Shown piece by piece: positions 27,990-43,211 of a DNA stretch of 64,000 bases (positions within the stretch are counted from its first letter, which is position 1; each line of letters begins with the position of its first letter). The position numbers and the translations under genes are program-made. This DNA is from Octopus vulgaris (taxonomy: Eukaryota): assembly GCA_951406725.2 (NCBI GenBank), contig OX597840.1, forward strand, positions 5,766,001 through 5,830,000. Reading direction: 5' to 3'. The notes under the pieces were generated by a model that had not been told where the DNA came from, searched no databases, and saw only the letters and a list, made by a program, of their open reading frames with translations.

Positions 27990-28270
27990 TCTAATGTGGA
28001 GTCTGAAAACAGAAACAATTCCCATCATAGTAGGCGTGTTAGGTGTGATAAAAATTATTCAGACAAATACATAACAAAAACACCAGGACCTAACAAGTAT
28101 TTATAACATACAGAAAATAGCACTACTAGGCACTGCACACATCCTACGTAAAACACTTTCAATACAATAACAGTAAGAGCATCATAGCAAACCTTAGCAC
28201 ATACCCAAGGCACACAGAGCTGCGCTCGGTAGTGAAGTGAAAGCATGCTACAAAAATAAAATTACTGAAT
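27990..28270 (+). mobile_element. R4/Dong-like LINE extreme 3' end (second subfamily)
   Basis: MWSLKTETIPIIVGVLG ... IQKIALLGTAHILRKTLS*, short UTR, then (GAT)n(AAT)n. Confidence 0.7.
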
Positions 28271-30043
28271 GATGATGATGATAATAATAATAATAATAAT
28301 AATAATAAAAGAAGAAGAAGAAGAAGAAGAAGAAGAAGAAGAAGAAGAAGAAGAAGAAGAAGAAGAAAAAGAAAAGAAGAAGAAAGAAGAAGAAGAAAAA
28401 GAAGAAGCAGAAGAAGAAGAAGGCAGAAGAAGGAGAAGAAGAAGAAGAAGAAGAAGAAGAAGAAGAAGAAGAAGAAGAAGAAGAAGAAGAAAGTGTAAAT
28501 ATTGGATGATGCAGAATTAGTGAAACCAGAAAGGAATTCGGTTCATTGGAATCTTCAAAATTTCCTCTGGAATCCCGTGTGTACTTTCTGCTCGGGGTGA
28601 AACATTTCTCCAACGGTAACAATTGCGGATATAGGAAATAAAATCTCGTTGCAGATCGCCCATTTCGCCCTGTGCATAGAACGTTTTTATATGACACCTG
28701 CTGGGCACTAACATACTTCATGTAATTATCTAATATATGATAATTAATAAATATTACACGCGAAGTAGGGGAGAAAAAAAGATCACTAACCGTTTTCGCC
28801 GGCACGCAGATGGTTTTTATGACACCTGCCTATGCTAAATAATTAGTTTAATGAGTACTATCATACTTCGTGTTATGGAGGTGCGTGGCTTAGTGGTTAG
28901 GATGTTGTCCTCGCGATTACAAGATTACACAGACACACAAACACATATATATACATATACATATATACGACGGGTTTCTTTCAGTTTCTGCCTACCAAAT
29001 CCACTCACAAGGCTTTGGTCGGCCCGAGGCTATAGTAGATGACACTTGTCCAAGGTGCCACACAGTGGGACTGAACCCGGAACCATGTGGTTGGTAAGCA
29101 AACTACTTACCACACAGCCACTCCTGCGCCTATAATTATGATTTTATTCAACATATTCCCCTCTCAGATTCACACACTTATTGGAGTGATCCTTCAAGTT
29201 TTTAAGCCCTGTAAAAGAACTCAGTAAGTTGAGCCTTTCACAATACCAAGAACTTTTTCTGCTCTCCCTTTTTTCAACCACCAGAATAACTTGTGAGTTA
29301 TGTAAGGAAAACTTTATAGTACTTAAAACATATGCAACACGGGTTAAATAAAATTCTGAAAGGAAGCATGGATGTTCAGGACAAACTTATGAAAATATTT
29401 TATACGGGTAAAAGGTCAGTCACTAGGCCTCACTGAAAGGTTAAAAATAAATCAATAAAACAGCCAGAGAGGATAAAAATAATTTGACGCTGAGTACTTG
29501 ACAATAAGTAACCGAGAGAAATCATACAATATTTTATGCAGCGTAGAGGGGAACTTGGCTATGCACAAGATGTGGCCCAGGTACTCAACTGTTGCAGAGA
29601 AGTTCTTTCAAGGTTAAGCGAAGGTGGGATTTTTAAATTTTAAATCAAAAAGTAAAGAAGGTTTTCAGAATGTATATATTAATGGTTCTTGTTCTCCCAC
29701 TTTATGAAGAATTTAAATTTTCGTGTTATATGTATCTATGTATAGCGCCATTTCATCCTTATTTCATAACGTCAGCATGGCATAACTTCAGGTAAATACA
29801 TTCGGCTAAAGTAAACATTTTACGAAGTTAAACAATTCTTAGAGAGAGAGAAAATAGTTTACAGTTTAAAAAGTATTCATTTAAAAGGCATGGATTTGTT
29901 CCACAGGAGGAAATAAGCATTCCTACCATGACCACTCCACCTTTTCGGAGAAATATCTTGGACTACCTTAAATCCTTAAAATCCTTTAAAACGTTTTAGC
30001 CCGAAGGCCGCGGCCATGCTGAGGCACCACCGCTGTGCGCTAT

Positions 30044-30161
30044 GCTTACTGCACCTAGGTTTCCCAAGCGGTCACCCATCTAAGTACTCACTAGGCTCGA
30101 CGTTGCTTAACTTCGGTGATCAGACGAGAACCGGTGCTTTCAACGTGATATGGCCGTGAGC
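30044..30161 (-). rRNA. Dispersed 5S rRNA copy (gene or pseudogene)
   Basis: Minus: GCTCACGGCCATATCACGTTGAAAGCACCGGTTCTCGTCTGATCACCGAAGTTAAGCAACGTCGAGCCTAGTGAGTACTTAGATGGGTGACCGCTTGGGAAACCTAGGTGCAGTAAGC (118 nt); no oligo-T terminator. Confidence 0.85.
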
Positions 30162-31057
30162 ATTATTAGATGAGTTGTAATTTTTAATTTCATTTCAGAC
30201 GGTAGGGTACACGTTAAGTGAGATTTAGCTGATGTTTTTTGCAAGTCAAGCGATGATGTAGAGACGCCCTTGTTCATCTGGCAATTTGGGGGATAAAGAG
30301 AACTTCTGAATCTCATTGGTTACCGATGTTATTAAAAGGAATTTGATACAATTGATAACAAAAACAAAGTTTTCGGTAGCATGACTGTGCTAATAATAAT
30401 ATTTATCATTGTGATGAGTCAGGGCCGCAATATTTACATATCTCAAAGACACCACACACAAAACACACACACACAAAAACAAACCACATCATACATACAC
30501 ATACACCATACATACATAGACACCATACACATACACGCACACTACTCACACACACCGTATACACATAAACCGCACCATACATAAACACACACGCAAACAC
30601 ACAAACATACATATATACACATACGATACATACATACATACACACCATACTCATACACACACACCACACACACATCATACACACACACCACACATACCAT
30701 ATCATACATTCACACACCCAAACATAAACACCATACTCACGAGGACACACGTGTAGATGCAGTATGACTGAATGGCCGAACAAGTTCACTTCGCGAATAA
30801 GAGGTCACAATGCCTCACACGACCCCTCAGCCCTATTGACATGATCCAGAGACAAGTGAAGGAAACATACCCTATGCCCATAAGGGTCGCAGACTCAGAA
30901 ATGTGGAAGTACCATGATCAAAAGCGCAAGCAAAATATCCTCAAAATGTTCAATCCCATTCCCTGCATATCAGATTTTATATCTGAATGACGTCTTCTCC
31001 AGGAGAAATGCTTTAACAAAAGGGTCTCCCAGCACGCCTGACACCAGCCTGTGTGTG

Positions 31058-31089
<32 letters not shown>

Positions 31090-31295
31090 TGTATATATGT
31101 ATGTATGTGTGTGTGAGTGTGTGTGTGTTTGTATGTACGTATGTGTGTGTGTATGTATGTATGATGTATGTATGTATGTGTGTGTATGTATGTATGTATG
31201 TACGTATGTGTGTGTATATGTATGTATGTATGTATGTATGTATGATGTATGTATGTATGTGTGTGTATGTATGTATGTATGTACGTATGTGTGTG

Positions 31296-31327
<32 letters not shown>

Positions 31328-31797
31328 TGTGTGTGTGTGTGTATGTATGTGTGTATGTATGTATGTATGTACGTATGTGTGTGTATATGTATGTATGTAT
31401 GTATGTGTGTATGTATGTGTGTGTATGTATGTATGTATGTACGTACGTATGTATGGATAGATGGATGAATATATGTATGTTTATATATATATATATATAT
31501 AAACCTGTATGTTTCTCTCTTTGCGTATGTGTGTACGTGTGCGCGCGCACTCGCACACTCGCACACACACACACACGCACTCACATACACACAGATAATA
31601 TTTACACATCTGTAGAATCACGTTTATGGTACTATATTCCTTAGTTACGCGCGTTTCGACACTACATCGTAGGTATACACTTTTCATGAATATATAAACG
31701 AATATAAAGACGAATATTACAACGCAATACACATGATCCATGTACATTGCATCAAACAAGATAAAATAGAAATATACACATGCATACATACATATAT

Positions 31798-31851
<54 letters not shown>

Positions 31852-32075
31852 GGAACAAAAACGCAATAGAGGACATTAAAACATTCAGACAGATAGACAA
31901 GACAAAGGAGGACAAGAGAAACAAAAATTAGAAGGACAGGCAAAAAAAGACGGGTCATTCGTGGCTTTCTTTCCTCAGTCAAGTTCCAGAAGTCACGGCC
32001 ATTTCGGGCAGTTACATAGACAACAGAGAACGTGCACAAGGAATGTAATGGTTTGATGTTTAGTAAAAAGAGAGA

Positions 32076-32110
32076 GTTTGACGTTTCGAGCATTGCTCTT
32101 CGTCGGAAGG
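32076..32110 (-). ncRNA. Minimal hammerhead-like motif, core CCGACGA
   Basis: Minus: cctt CCGACGA a gagc aat gctc GAAA c GTC aaac. The sister copy at 48573 has gttt before the core, which would pair with aaac. Confidence 0.55.
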
Positions 32111-32248
32111 GAGAAAGGAAAAAATCCGAAGGAGAGAAAAAAATCGCCAACAGTACGTGTATGTAGTTATATTGCTGAAGTGACCGGAAGTATAAAGAGG
32201 TACAGAAAGTGGGTTTGGGGGACAGGAGAGTGTAGATACATCCATACA

Positions 32249-32337
<89 letters not shown>

Positions 32338-32662
32338 GTATATAGGTGCATACATATGTATGTATCTATATATATGTCTATTGTATGTATATATATGTGT
32401 GTGTGTGTATACTTGTTTGTTATATATCACGTTTCTTTTGGACCCATATAATACCTTTATACTAATGCATATATAAATGAACGGATGATGTATAAAATTG
32501 CTTCCTATCCTTTGTAATGAGTTTCCAAATTAATTAAATGACATTATACACAATCAAATGATGACGTCCTAATTAAATCAACTATACACATCAAGTAAAT
32601 GAAGCCGGAGATTTTAATCACAAATCTCTACCTTAATAATAATAATAATAATAATAATAATA

Positions 32663-32696
<34 letters not shown>

Positions 32697-32719
32697 GTTA
32701 TTGTTATTATTATTATTAT

Positions 32720-33060
32720 TATTGAGTGAGAGAACAGTTCATGCCATCAAAGTGACACTGGGGTAAAATATATGAAGCCCAATATACCCATCATGACTAT
32801 CCGTCTGATAAGGGTACACCGGCACATGCATCACAACCATATGTGCGCGACATGGTGATCTCATATAACGATAAACAGCACATGACTTTGCAGGTGGGGC
32901 CCGATTAGAATTTTCTTCAGGTTGAGTAGCCCATCCAGCTCAAAAGGTCCCTGAATAAGGGTTGTTTAAGGATGTTGAAAGGACCACCCATGTTTCCAGA
33001 GGTGAACTATTCAAACCCCAAAGAACCCCTTTCAACACATGGCTATGATGCTCCCCCACT
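32720..33060 (-). mobile_element. (AAT)n-terminated retroposon tail family, 5'-truncated
   Basis: Matches the 3' part of 978-1475. Confidence 0.7.
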
Positions 33061-33087
33061 ATTATTATTATTATTATTATTATTATT

Positions 33088-33434
33088 ACAGGGTTTGTTG
33101 GAGTTCCTGGAGTCTTACATGCGTAGCGGGCTTGCTACCTGCAGCCTACGTTACCATGCTATCCATTCTTTTCAGCTATCTATTACTTTGCTGATTATTC
33201 TGGCCGTGCCAAGGAGGCAAACCTTTTGTAACAGTTCTACTGGCCATTCTACACCAAGTTCCTTCATATTCTCCTTGATGCTTTCTGATATGGTTCCCAA
33301 GGACCCAACAATAATTGGCACCATCTTCACCTTCTTCATTTTCCATAGCCGAACTATTACGTACTTAACATACATACAATGCCTTGTGAGTGGATTTGGT
33401 AGACGGAAACTGAAAGAAGCTTGTCGTATATATG

Positions 33435-33465
<31 letters not shown>

Positions 33466-33770
33466 GTGTGTTTGTGTGTCTGTGTTTGTCTCCTTAGCAT
33501 TGGTTGACAACCGATGCTGATGTGTTTACGTCCCCGTAACTTAGCGGTTCGGCAAAAGAGACCGATAGAATAAGTACTAGGCTTACAAAGAATAAGTCCC
33601 GGGGTCTTTATGTTTTCGCCTTCCTCCTTGACTATTCGTGGGTCAAAGGGGCATGTACCATCAACTATATAGCATATATGATGCATCTTGTCCACATGCT
33701 CTAGCACCCGATCTGTTTGGATTGGGAAATCCCAGAGGATTTTGCTAGTTTCCGACTCCATCACTCTCCA
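33088..33770 (-). mobile_element. R4/Dong-like LINE 3' fragment (third subfamily) interrupted by a SINE A piece (33378-33606)
   Basis: KILWDFPIQTD...CYIVDGTCPFD and VPIIVGSLG...LQKVCLLGTARII; ends in (TAA)n. Confidence 0.75.
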
Positions 33771-33789
33771 CCATTATCGTTATTGTAAT

Positions 33790-34745
33790 TATTATTACAT
33801 GTTTGACTTTTGCTTTGTATTTGTACAAGTTGGCTCCAAGTTTCACCCAGAGACCTCAAGAGACAACAAGTTAGAAGTTCATGTTGGTGTTATGCTAGGG
33901 TGTCATATATTTGATTTTGTACAAAGTCTTCTTCTAAGAAATGCTTAAGAAAACATAAGAAAATTATGAGTTTGTTTCAAAATTTGAGATTACATAGACA
34001 GTATTTTACGTCGGATATGGGCAGTTCCCATGAGCATTATCTTTCGAATTTCTGACATTTTGGGGTTTTCTGGTATCTAAGATAGGTAGCAATCAGCCAC
34101 TTTTGTTATCATTCCCAGGGCACCTATGACAACAGATATTGTTTTAGTCTTCAGGTCCCACATTTTGCCAATTTCTATTTCAAGATCTTTATTACTTGCT
34201 CAGTTTTTGGTAGGTCTTAACAGATACATTTACGTCGATTGGGACAGTCATATCAATGAGGAGGTATGATTTTTGTCTGAAGTCTTTCAATATGTCTGAC
34301 CTATTCGTATCTATCTTTCTGACAGTTTGAACGGTGAAGTTCCAGAGGAGTGAGATGTGATCATTTTCAAGCACTGGAGGTGGTTTGTGTTCCCACCAGT
34401 TTTTATCATGGGGCAGGTCCAGGTTTTTGCAAATTACCCAGTGAATATACTGTGCTGCTCTATCATGCCTGTTGAGATAATCTGTAGGTGCAAGAAGACT
34501 GCACATGGAGACAACATGATCAATAGTTTCATTTTGTTGTTGACATACACTACATGTTGGGCTACTGCCATTCTTTAATATGTTGACCTGGTGGTTTCTT
34601 GTAGGTAGGCATTGATCTTGGGCTGCTGTGATAAACCCTTCTGTTTCTGATTTTAAGCCAGAAGCCATTAACCATTAATGGGTAAGGGCTTTGTCAACAT
34701 CGGCATTATTAACTCTCTTTGGGTTTTTTTTTTTTGCCATTTATT
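33790..34745 (-). mobile_element. R4/Dong-like LINE 3' fragment with 3' UTR
   Basis: Homologous to 1569-2600; CCHC + REL motifs; UTR ends in TAATAATAAT. Confidence 0.85.
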
Positions 34746-34813
34746 AGTAAGAATATCTAAGGCAGTAAGAATATCTAAGTATATACACATGTGTGTGTGT
34801 GAGTGTGTGTGTG

Positions 34814-34890
<77 letters not shown>

Positions 34891-35096
34891 CTGTGTTTGT
34901 CCCCCACCATTTCTTGACAACTAGTGTTGATGAGTTTACTTCCCTGTAACTTAGCGATTCGGTAAGGGAGACAGCTAGAATATGTATTAGGCTTCACAAA
35001 ATCTGTACTGAGTTCGATTCGTCCTACAACAGATTCTTCAAAGCGGCGCCAGAGCATGGCCACAATCTAAAGACTGAAACAATTAAAAAATAAATA

Positions 35097-35503
35097 GGCA
35101 CAGGAATGGCTGTGTGGTAAGTAGCTTGCTAACCAACCACATGGTTCCGGGTTCAGTCCCACTGCGTGGTACCTTGGGCAAGTGTCTTCTACTATAGCCC
35201 CGGGCCGACCAATGCCTTGTGAGTGGATTTGGTAGACGGAAACTGAAAGAAGCCTGTCGTATATATGTATATATATATATATGTATGTGTGTGCGTGTGT
35301 TTGTGTGTCTGTGTTTGTCCCCCTAGCATTGCTTGACAACCGATGCTGGTGTGTTTACGTCCCCGTCACTTAGCGGTTCGGCAAAAGAGACCGATAGAAT
35401 AAGTACTGGGCTTACAAAGAATAAGTCCCGGGGTCGATTTGCTCGACTAAAGGCGGTGCTCCAGCATGGCCGCAGTCAAATGACTGAAACAAGTAAAAGA
35501 GTA
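35097..35503 (+). mobile_element. SINE A
   Basis: Full-length match. Confidence 0.85.
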
Positions 35504-35557
35504 AAAAAAAAAAAATTCTTTGTAATTTTCTCCATAGTTTCAACAGTGACCCGGATA

Positions 35558-35652
35558 TTGAAAGCAACGGTTCTCGTCCGATCACCGAAGTTAAACAACG
35601 TCGACCCTAGTGAGTACTTGGGTGACCGCTTGGGAAACCTGGGTGTTGTAAG
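35558..35652 (+). pseudogene. 5S rRNA pseudogene (5'-damaged, internal deletion)
   Basis: TTGAAAGCAACGGTTCTCGTCCGATCACCGAAGTTAAACAACGTCG...AGTACTTGGGTGACCGCTTGGGAAACC...GTAAGC. Confidence 0.8.
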
Positions 35653-35702
35653 CCTCTCACACTATTGACCTTTATGGTTAATAAAGAGTTAAAACAATAC
35701 CA

Positions 35703-35755
<53 letters not shown>

Positions 35756-36092
35756 GCCTATCTATCTATCTATCTGCCTATCTATCTATCTATCTATCTA
35801 TCATCTATCTATCTATCTATCTATCGGTATGTCTGTCTTTGTAATTTGTCCCCTCTGTGTTCAGCCCTGTGTGGCTAATAAAGAAACATATCTATATATA
35901 TCTGTCAGTCGGTCTGTCTGTTTGTCTATCTGTCTATATGTATGCACACATATAAATATGTATCTATGCATACATATATAAGATATAGATACATATATAT
36001 TCTTATACTTCTATATATATACAGACATAAGTGTATACATCATACATTCGTACACAGACACATACGCGCACACTTTATCTGTCTCTCTCTTT

Positions 36093-36183
<91 letters not shown>

Positions 36184-36447
36184 TATGTATAAAAATATAT
36201 ATATAAATACAAAATGGGACAAGAACGCAAAACACTCAAATAGAAGACACAAAAAACGGACGGGTCATTCGAAGCCTCTAATCTTCAGTCAAAAACCGGA
36301 TCATCCTCGCAATTTCGGCTGATTAATCTTGAGATCGCTCCGGTCCGGCCAGCCCCAAGGAAAAACTAAGCTACGAGCATTAGATTTCTAGGAAAAAGAA
36401 TCGAATGTATACGGAACAAGGACAGAAAAACGGACGATGCCACACGA

Positions 36448-36514
<67 letters not shown>

Positions 36515-36842
36515 TACATATATATATATACGTACATACACATGCCTGCGTATATGGACACATATACATATATATTTGTTATTTATTTGCACATTTACGT
36601 CTATACATATGGTTGTGCATATCTGTAATTACGTACGTAAATGCCGAACGACGAGAATGAGTGCTCAAAACCGCATGTAAATATGTGTATATGTACGTAT
36701 ATGTATGATTATATCCGTATACATCTGTATACGCTCGCACACACACACAACTAACTAGTCTACCTTAGCATGAACCTCAAACTCATAAAATAATTACACA
36801 GCAAAAATATCAGCAAAAATAACAACAATACTGTTAGATTAA

Positions 36843-37362
36843 TCATAAATCCTCGAGTATAGTCCACCCTTGAGTATAATACACAGAGGATTTTTAGGGG
36901 ACTATCACTGAAAAACCTAAACCTTGTGTATAATACGCACTCCTTCTCTAACTTGAGTCGTGCGTAATTAAGCCAGCAGCACCTAGTCGAACAAACACTT
37001 CGGCGCATGCGTAATACAATAATGGTGATGTTCTTAACTGTTATATGGGAATGTAAATATGTTTGCAAATTGTTTTTGTTACATGTTATTCTGTGTTCTG
37101 AATACTTTTATTCTAATAAATGTTGTTTACTGCAAGTTATGGATTATTCTTTTATGACTTCATTGCTTTCAGGCTTAGGTTAAGGTATTTTCGCGCCCGA
37201 CATCACAAAATGCGTCTGAATAAACATTGCCGGACAGCAAATAGAGACTCGGACATTGATTAGAAAATAATTTCCATTTTTAACCTCGTATATAGTACGC
37301 ACTAGGGATTTTGACCTTTGAAGTTTTGGGGGAAAATGCGGATTATACTCGAGGATTTACGG
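36843..37362. mobile_element. Tc1/pogo-superfamily MITE
   Basis: Terminal inverted repeats TAAATCCTCGAGTATA / TATACTCGAGGATTTACGG-TA, no coding capacity. Confidence 0.7.
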
Positions 37363-37925
37363 TAATTATTTTGATGCGTTCAGTAAAGGAGATAACTCTG
37401 AATATAGTTCAGTCTTATTGGTCGTTGTCAGCAAGACACGGACACATCGAGGAGGTTTTCCTCCCCAAAACTTCAACGTTGCTATTGCAAACAAATCAGC
37501 AGAAGACCTTCGAATAGAATTGGTTTCAGGTTTGAAATTTCTGAAGCAGGAAACTTGGTCATGGAAATTGGGCTTAATCTTGTCTTGCTTCGTTATTCTT
37601 TTGTTTTGTCATGTCTTGTCTTGTCCCGACTTGCCTGAGACATCCACTTCAAATGGGGTTGAAGAAGCGCCCATTGTGAGTGAGGTACTAGCGAGTCTTG
37701 GGCTTCGATTCTCTACTTTGCGTATGCCTTACTGCAGTAGGACTGAATAGAGCAGATATATAGACAGTCAGACTGATAGACTAACATATAGACAGCAAAT
37801 AGATAGATAGTTAGATAGATAGAGAGAGAAAGTAAGAGAGAGAGAGAGAGAGAGACAGGTAGGTAGATAGACAAATAGGTAGGTAGGTAAGTAGGTAGGT
37901 AGGTAGGTCGATAGATAGGTAGACA

Positions 37926-37999
<74 letters not shown>

Positions 38000-38045
38000 A
38001 AATGAAAGAATGGAGTCGAACGAAGATGTTAACAAAATTCCTTTA

Positions 38046-38127
38046 CTCTCGACACATGTTTCGAAGACAGCATGTTTTCATTCCAAAGGAATAAAGGGTG
38101 CATTATGCAATCTTCTCATCAGGAAAG
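38046..38127 (-). ncRNA. Type-I hammerhead ribozyme, canonical core, long helix II
   Basis: Minus: ctttc CTGATGA gaaga ... tcttc GAAA catgt GTC gagag; sister copy at 50174-50255. Confidence 0.78.
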
Positions 38128-38157
38128 ATATATGTATATATATATATTTATATATAC

Positions 38158-38201
<44 letters not shown>

Positions 38202-38598
38202 AAGAGATAATTAGATAGGTAAATAGATAGATGGGTCAATAGAGAGATAGACAGGTAGATAAAGAAAGAGAGAGAAAGAGAGAAATGGATAGACAGATAA
38301 ACTGATAGCTAGTCAGACGTATAGACAGGAAGAGGGTGAGAAAAAGAAGAATCTTGAGGGTTGTATCTCGGTGGTAAGTTTGGTCGTAAAATATGATGCA
38401 GAAGGAATATGACTCCACGTGGAAAAAGACTGTTCGATTGAAAACCTCAACACATATAAAACAATGTTTTTCTGCCATGATTTTTGTTACTTGAAGAAGA
38501 GGGGGAAGAGAGTGGTGTTCAGGTAAGTAAAAGTACTAGGATGTATACACACACACACACACACGCATATTTATATGTGTATATATGTATGTATACAT

Positions 38599-38685
<87 letters not shown>

Positions 38686-38766
38686 CATATATATATGTAT
38701 ATATATATATGTATATACTATATATGTATATATATCTATGTATGCATATATATAAGTATATGTATG

Positions 38767-38799
<33 letters not shown>

Positions 38800-39119
38800 A
38801 TGGCGGTACCCCAGCATGGCCATAGCTTGTGAGCTGAAACTAGATAAAAAATAAAATATATATACATATATATGTATATATATCTATGTATGTATGTATA
38901 TATATATAAATATATATATATATACATATAAATGTATATCGATACACACTCACGCACACTCACACGTAAATGGCTATAGGTCTTACTGTATATTCGCATG
39001 TATATATATATATATATATATATGTAAATAAACAGCAATCATATTTATAAACTGGTATTAATACATCAATATATATATTTAGCCACACACGCACGCAAAC
39101 CCACAAACACAAAACATAG

Positions 39120-39176
39120 ATCTATCTATCTGTCTGTCAGTCTATAAGTCTATCTATCTATCTGTCTGTCTATCTA

Positions 39177-39227
<51 letters not shown>

Positions 39228-39230
39228 GTC

Positions 39231-39297
<67 letters not shown>

Positions 39298-39441
39298 GTC
39301 TGTCAGTCTATCTATCTATCTGTCTGTCAGTCTATCTATCTATCTGTCTGTCTATCTATCTGTCTATCTATCTATCTATCTATCTATGTCTGTCTGTCAG
39401 TCTATAAGTCTATCTATCTATCTATCTATCTACCTCTGTCA

Positions 39442-39525
<84 letters not shown>

Positions 39526-39532
39526 GTCTGTC

Positions 39533-39630
<98 letters not shown>

Positions 39631-39678
39631 GTCTGTCTGTCAGTCTATAAGTCTATCTATCTATCTACCTGTCTGTCA

Positions 39679-39746
<68 letters not shown>

Positions 39747-39780
39747 GTCTCTCAATCTATATATCCATCTATCTATCTAT
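39120..39780 (+). repeat. (TCTA/TCTG)n microsatellite
   Basis: Directly visible. Confidence 0.95.
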
Positions 39781-40096
39781 ACATACATATACACACACAC
39801 ACACACAAACATATATATATATACATTTGTATGTATTAAGGTATGTACATATATATATTTCTTTAATGTATATACATATATAAATAAATAAATAAATATT
39901 CACATACAGACACAAACACATTCATATAGTTATACATGAATATATGTACACGTACATATTTACATACATACATGCATACAAGTAATGCCGTTATACGCAA
40001 TCTATCTCACCACACGCGCGCACTCACCCTCCGCTCATACACGCATACATGCACACAACACTCTCTCTCTCTCTCTCTGCAATATTTGTCCCTTAC

Positions 40097-40625
40097 CTGT
40101 GACATAGCCGTGGTTTCGTTCGCAGTGGGCCTTCCCGACTGTTTGGTCAATAAAATACACCAGTACCAAATGTCCAAAACTAGCCGTAGGATACGGGTCG
40201 AGGACTAACACACCCGCATGAGTCCGTCCTTTGTCGATGGCTCGATCAGGAAGTAAAGCCCTATATTTTCCATGGGGCATTGGCTCAGCCACGTAGATGT
40301 TAAACTCAGATTTAGGGAGGCGCAAAACCCTCTCGCATTCAACTGGGCTCGTTATAAACGGTTGACGGCTGCAGTTCCGACCCCGGAGCAGTTCAAATGC
40401 CGTGTTCGCCCAGCGCTCACGGCGCTTTCGGCGCGCGGCCTCCGACGAGAATCTAGCCGAAGATGCTGATGCCGATGATGAAAACGATGATGATGATGAT
40501 GAGAAAGACGACGACGACGACGATGACTTGGTCGCGGGTTCGCGTAGCCGGTGCAGCACAACAGATCCGCTGTGGTGGACGTGGAGCAAGGTAAATGCCG
40601 TTAAACACAACACGAACGTCTTCAT
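40097..40625 (-). CDS. Coding exon 1 of an uncharacterised secreted protein (signal peptide, Ser-rich linker, furin-type RRKRR site, globular N-terminal domain)
   Basis: ATG at 40625 gives [24 protein letters not shown] (hydrophobic signal-like), poly-Ser, ARRKRR, then complex sequence (...[23 protein letters not shown]...CERNHGYVT). It ends at donor ACAG|GTAAGG (intron starts 40096). 529 nt, phase 1. Confidence 0.85.
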
Positions 40626-40821
40626 GTTCAATTGAAATGTGTGAATATTTGTATGTATGTATATGTATATATATATATGTATATATGTATGTATTTATGT
40701 ATATATGTATGTATGTATATATATATATATGTATGTATGTATGTATGTATATATATGTATATATGTATGTATTTATGTATATATGTATATATATGTATGT
40801 ATTTATGTATATATGTATATA

Positions 40822-40857
<36 letters not shown>

Positions 40858-41107
40858 TGTATGTATGTATGTATGTATGTATGCAAGTATGTATGTATAT
40901 ATATATATGTATATATATGTATGTATGTATATATTTATGTATGTATGTTTGCTGTATGGGTGTATATATATATGTATATATATGTAATTAGGAAAATATG
41001 TAATTATATATGTATGTATATATATGTAATTATATATATGAATGTCTATATATATTTGTATATATACATGCGTATGGGATGTACATAAAATTGTATATCT
41101 ATAGGTA

Positions 41108-41143
<36 letters not shown>

Positions 41144-41296
41144 ATCTATATGAATCTTTATATACACATGTATGTATGCGCCTGTGTGTATATAAGTATG
41201 CGCATGTTATATGTATATATTTGTATACAAGTGAATATATTTGTATATATATTTATATCTATTTATGTCTGAATTTGCATACAACCACCCATGTAT

Positions 41297-41332
<36 letters not shown>

Positions 41333-42447
41333 TAGGAGGCAGAAATCAGATAGATGTATGTGTGTGTATATATGTGTACGTATATATATATACACACACT
41401 ATATATACGTATATACTTATATATATATAAATACTATGATTGTTGTTTTGTATATAGTTATTTTTGTATATAGATATTCATATGCGCGTGTGAGTGCTTA
41501 TGACTGTATGGATGCAATTCTTCTGCGATGTATATATATATATATATATATATGTGTGTATATATATTTGTGTGTGTGTGTGTGTGTACGTATATATGTA
41601 TGTATGTATATCTGCTATTATTCCGATGTGGCTGTTATTGTCCTTCGCGTTGTCGCTACGGTTTTTTTTTCCCAGCTGATTATCGCGCCAACGGTGATAT
41701 TGATAATGTTGATGATAATGATGACGACGTTGTTGATGATGATGATGATGATGATGATGATGAGGATGCAAGTTTTTAAAGTGTTTACTTCACTACTGTT
41801 GTTGTTTTTTCGTGGTTGTTATAGTTATTGTTTTGGTTGTTGTTGTTGATGTCGTTTTTTTGCTTTCGTTAATTCTACTATTGTTGATATTGTTATTGTG
41901 CCATTGTCGCAGTAATCGTTGTTGTTGTTCTTCTTCTTGTCGCAGTCGGTGATGTCCTTCCTTGCGCTATTGTCCTTTCTGTCGTGGTTACTGCGGCTGT
42001 TGTTCTTGCTTTTACTATTTGTTGTTGTAGCTGTTGATATTGTCTCTCCCGAAATCTCTGTTCTTGTAACTATTGCTGAAGTGGTTGTTACTATTGTTGT
42101 TGTCTTTCCTGCTGCTACCGAGGCTCCTGCTTCTCCTATTGCTCACGTTTGTTTTTGTACTTGTTGCTGTCTCTGTTAGGAGTGAAAACCAATCTGATTG
42201 GTTAATTAATTATATAACAGTTTAACAGCAACATGCATACATATATTCCACCACCCACACACACACATACACACACGCACATACGCAGGCTACATGTATA
42301 CACTCCTCAATATGCACATGTGCATTGCATACATTTGTACGACAAGCATATGTCATACAGAGTTAGATAGTTAAACAAATGGACAAAAATTTATATAGAT
42401 GAATATAAGTATTTATATATATATATACTCACACACACATACACAGA

Positions 42448-42548
<101 letters not shown>

Positions 42549-42700
42549 TATATACACACAAAAATATATATACATATAGATTTGCATATATGTATGTTTA
42601 TATAGATATACATATATATATATATACACACACACATACATACATACATACATACATATGTATGTATGTGTATATACGTATTTATGTATGTGCATATATA

Positions 42701-42809
<109 letters not shown>

Positions 42810-42844
42810 ATCTGTCTATGAAACCTTTTAGCTATTTATGTTAT

Positions 42845-42885
<41 letters not shown>

Positions 42886-42947
42886 ATTTCTTCATATACA
42901 TAAATAGCTAGAAGGCTATATATAGACAGATACATATATGTATGTAT

Positions 42948-43000
<53 letters not shown>

Positions 43001-43176
43001 TAAACACATATATACACATGCATATATATATATATATATACGTGTGTGTTGATACGTAGATAAATAGTTACATACACAGATAGAGAAACAGATAGCCAGA
43101 CATCGATAAAGAGACTAATAAGCATAATAATGGATTGGACATAACGACAATTGGAGTAATAGACACACACGCACAC

Positions 43177-43211
<35 letters not shown>

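Noticed and set aside
30772-31050. Possible additional exon
   Set aside because: It is on the opposite strand to the gene, with stops and frameshifts; probably a decayed LINE 3' end. Exons 1 and 2 already join in frame.
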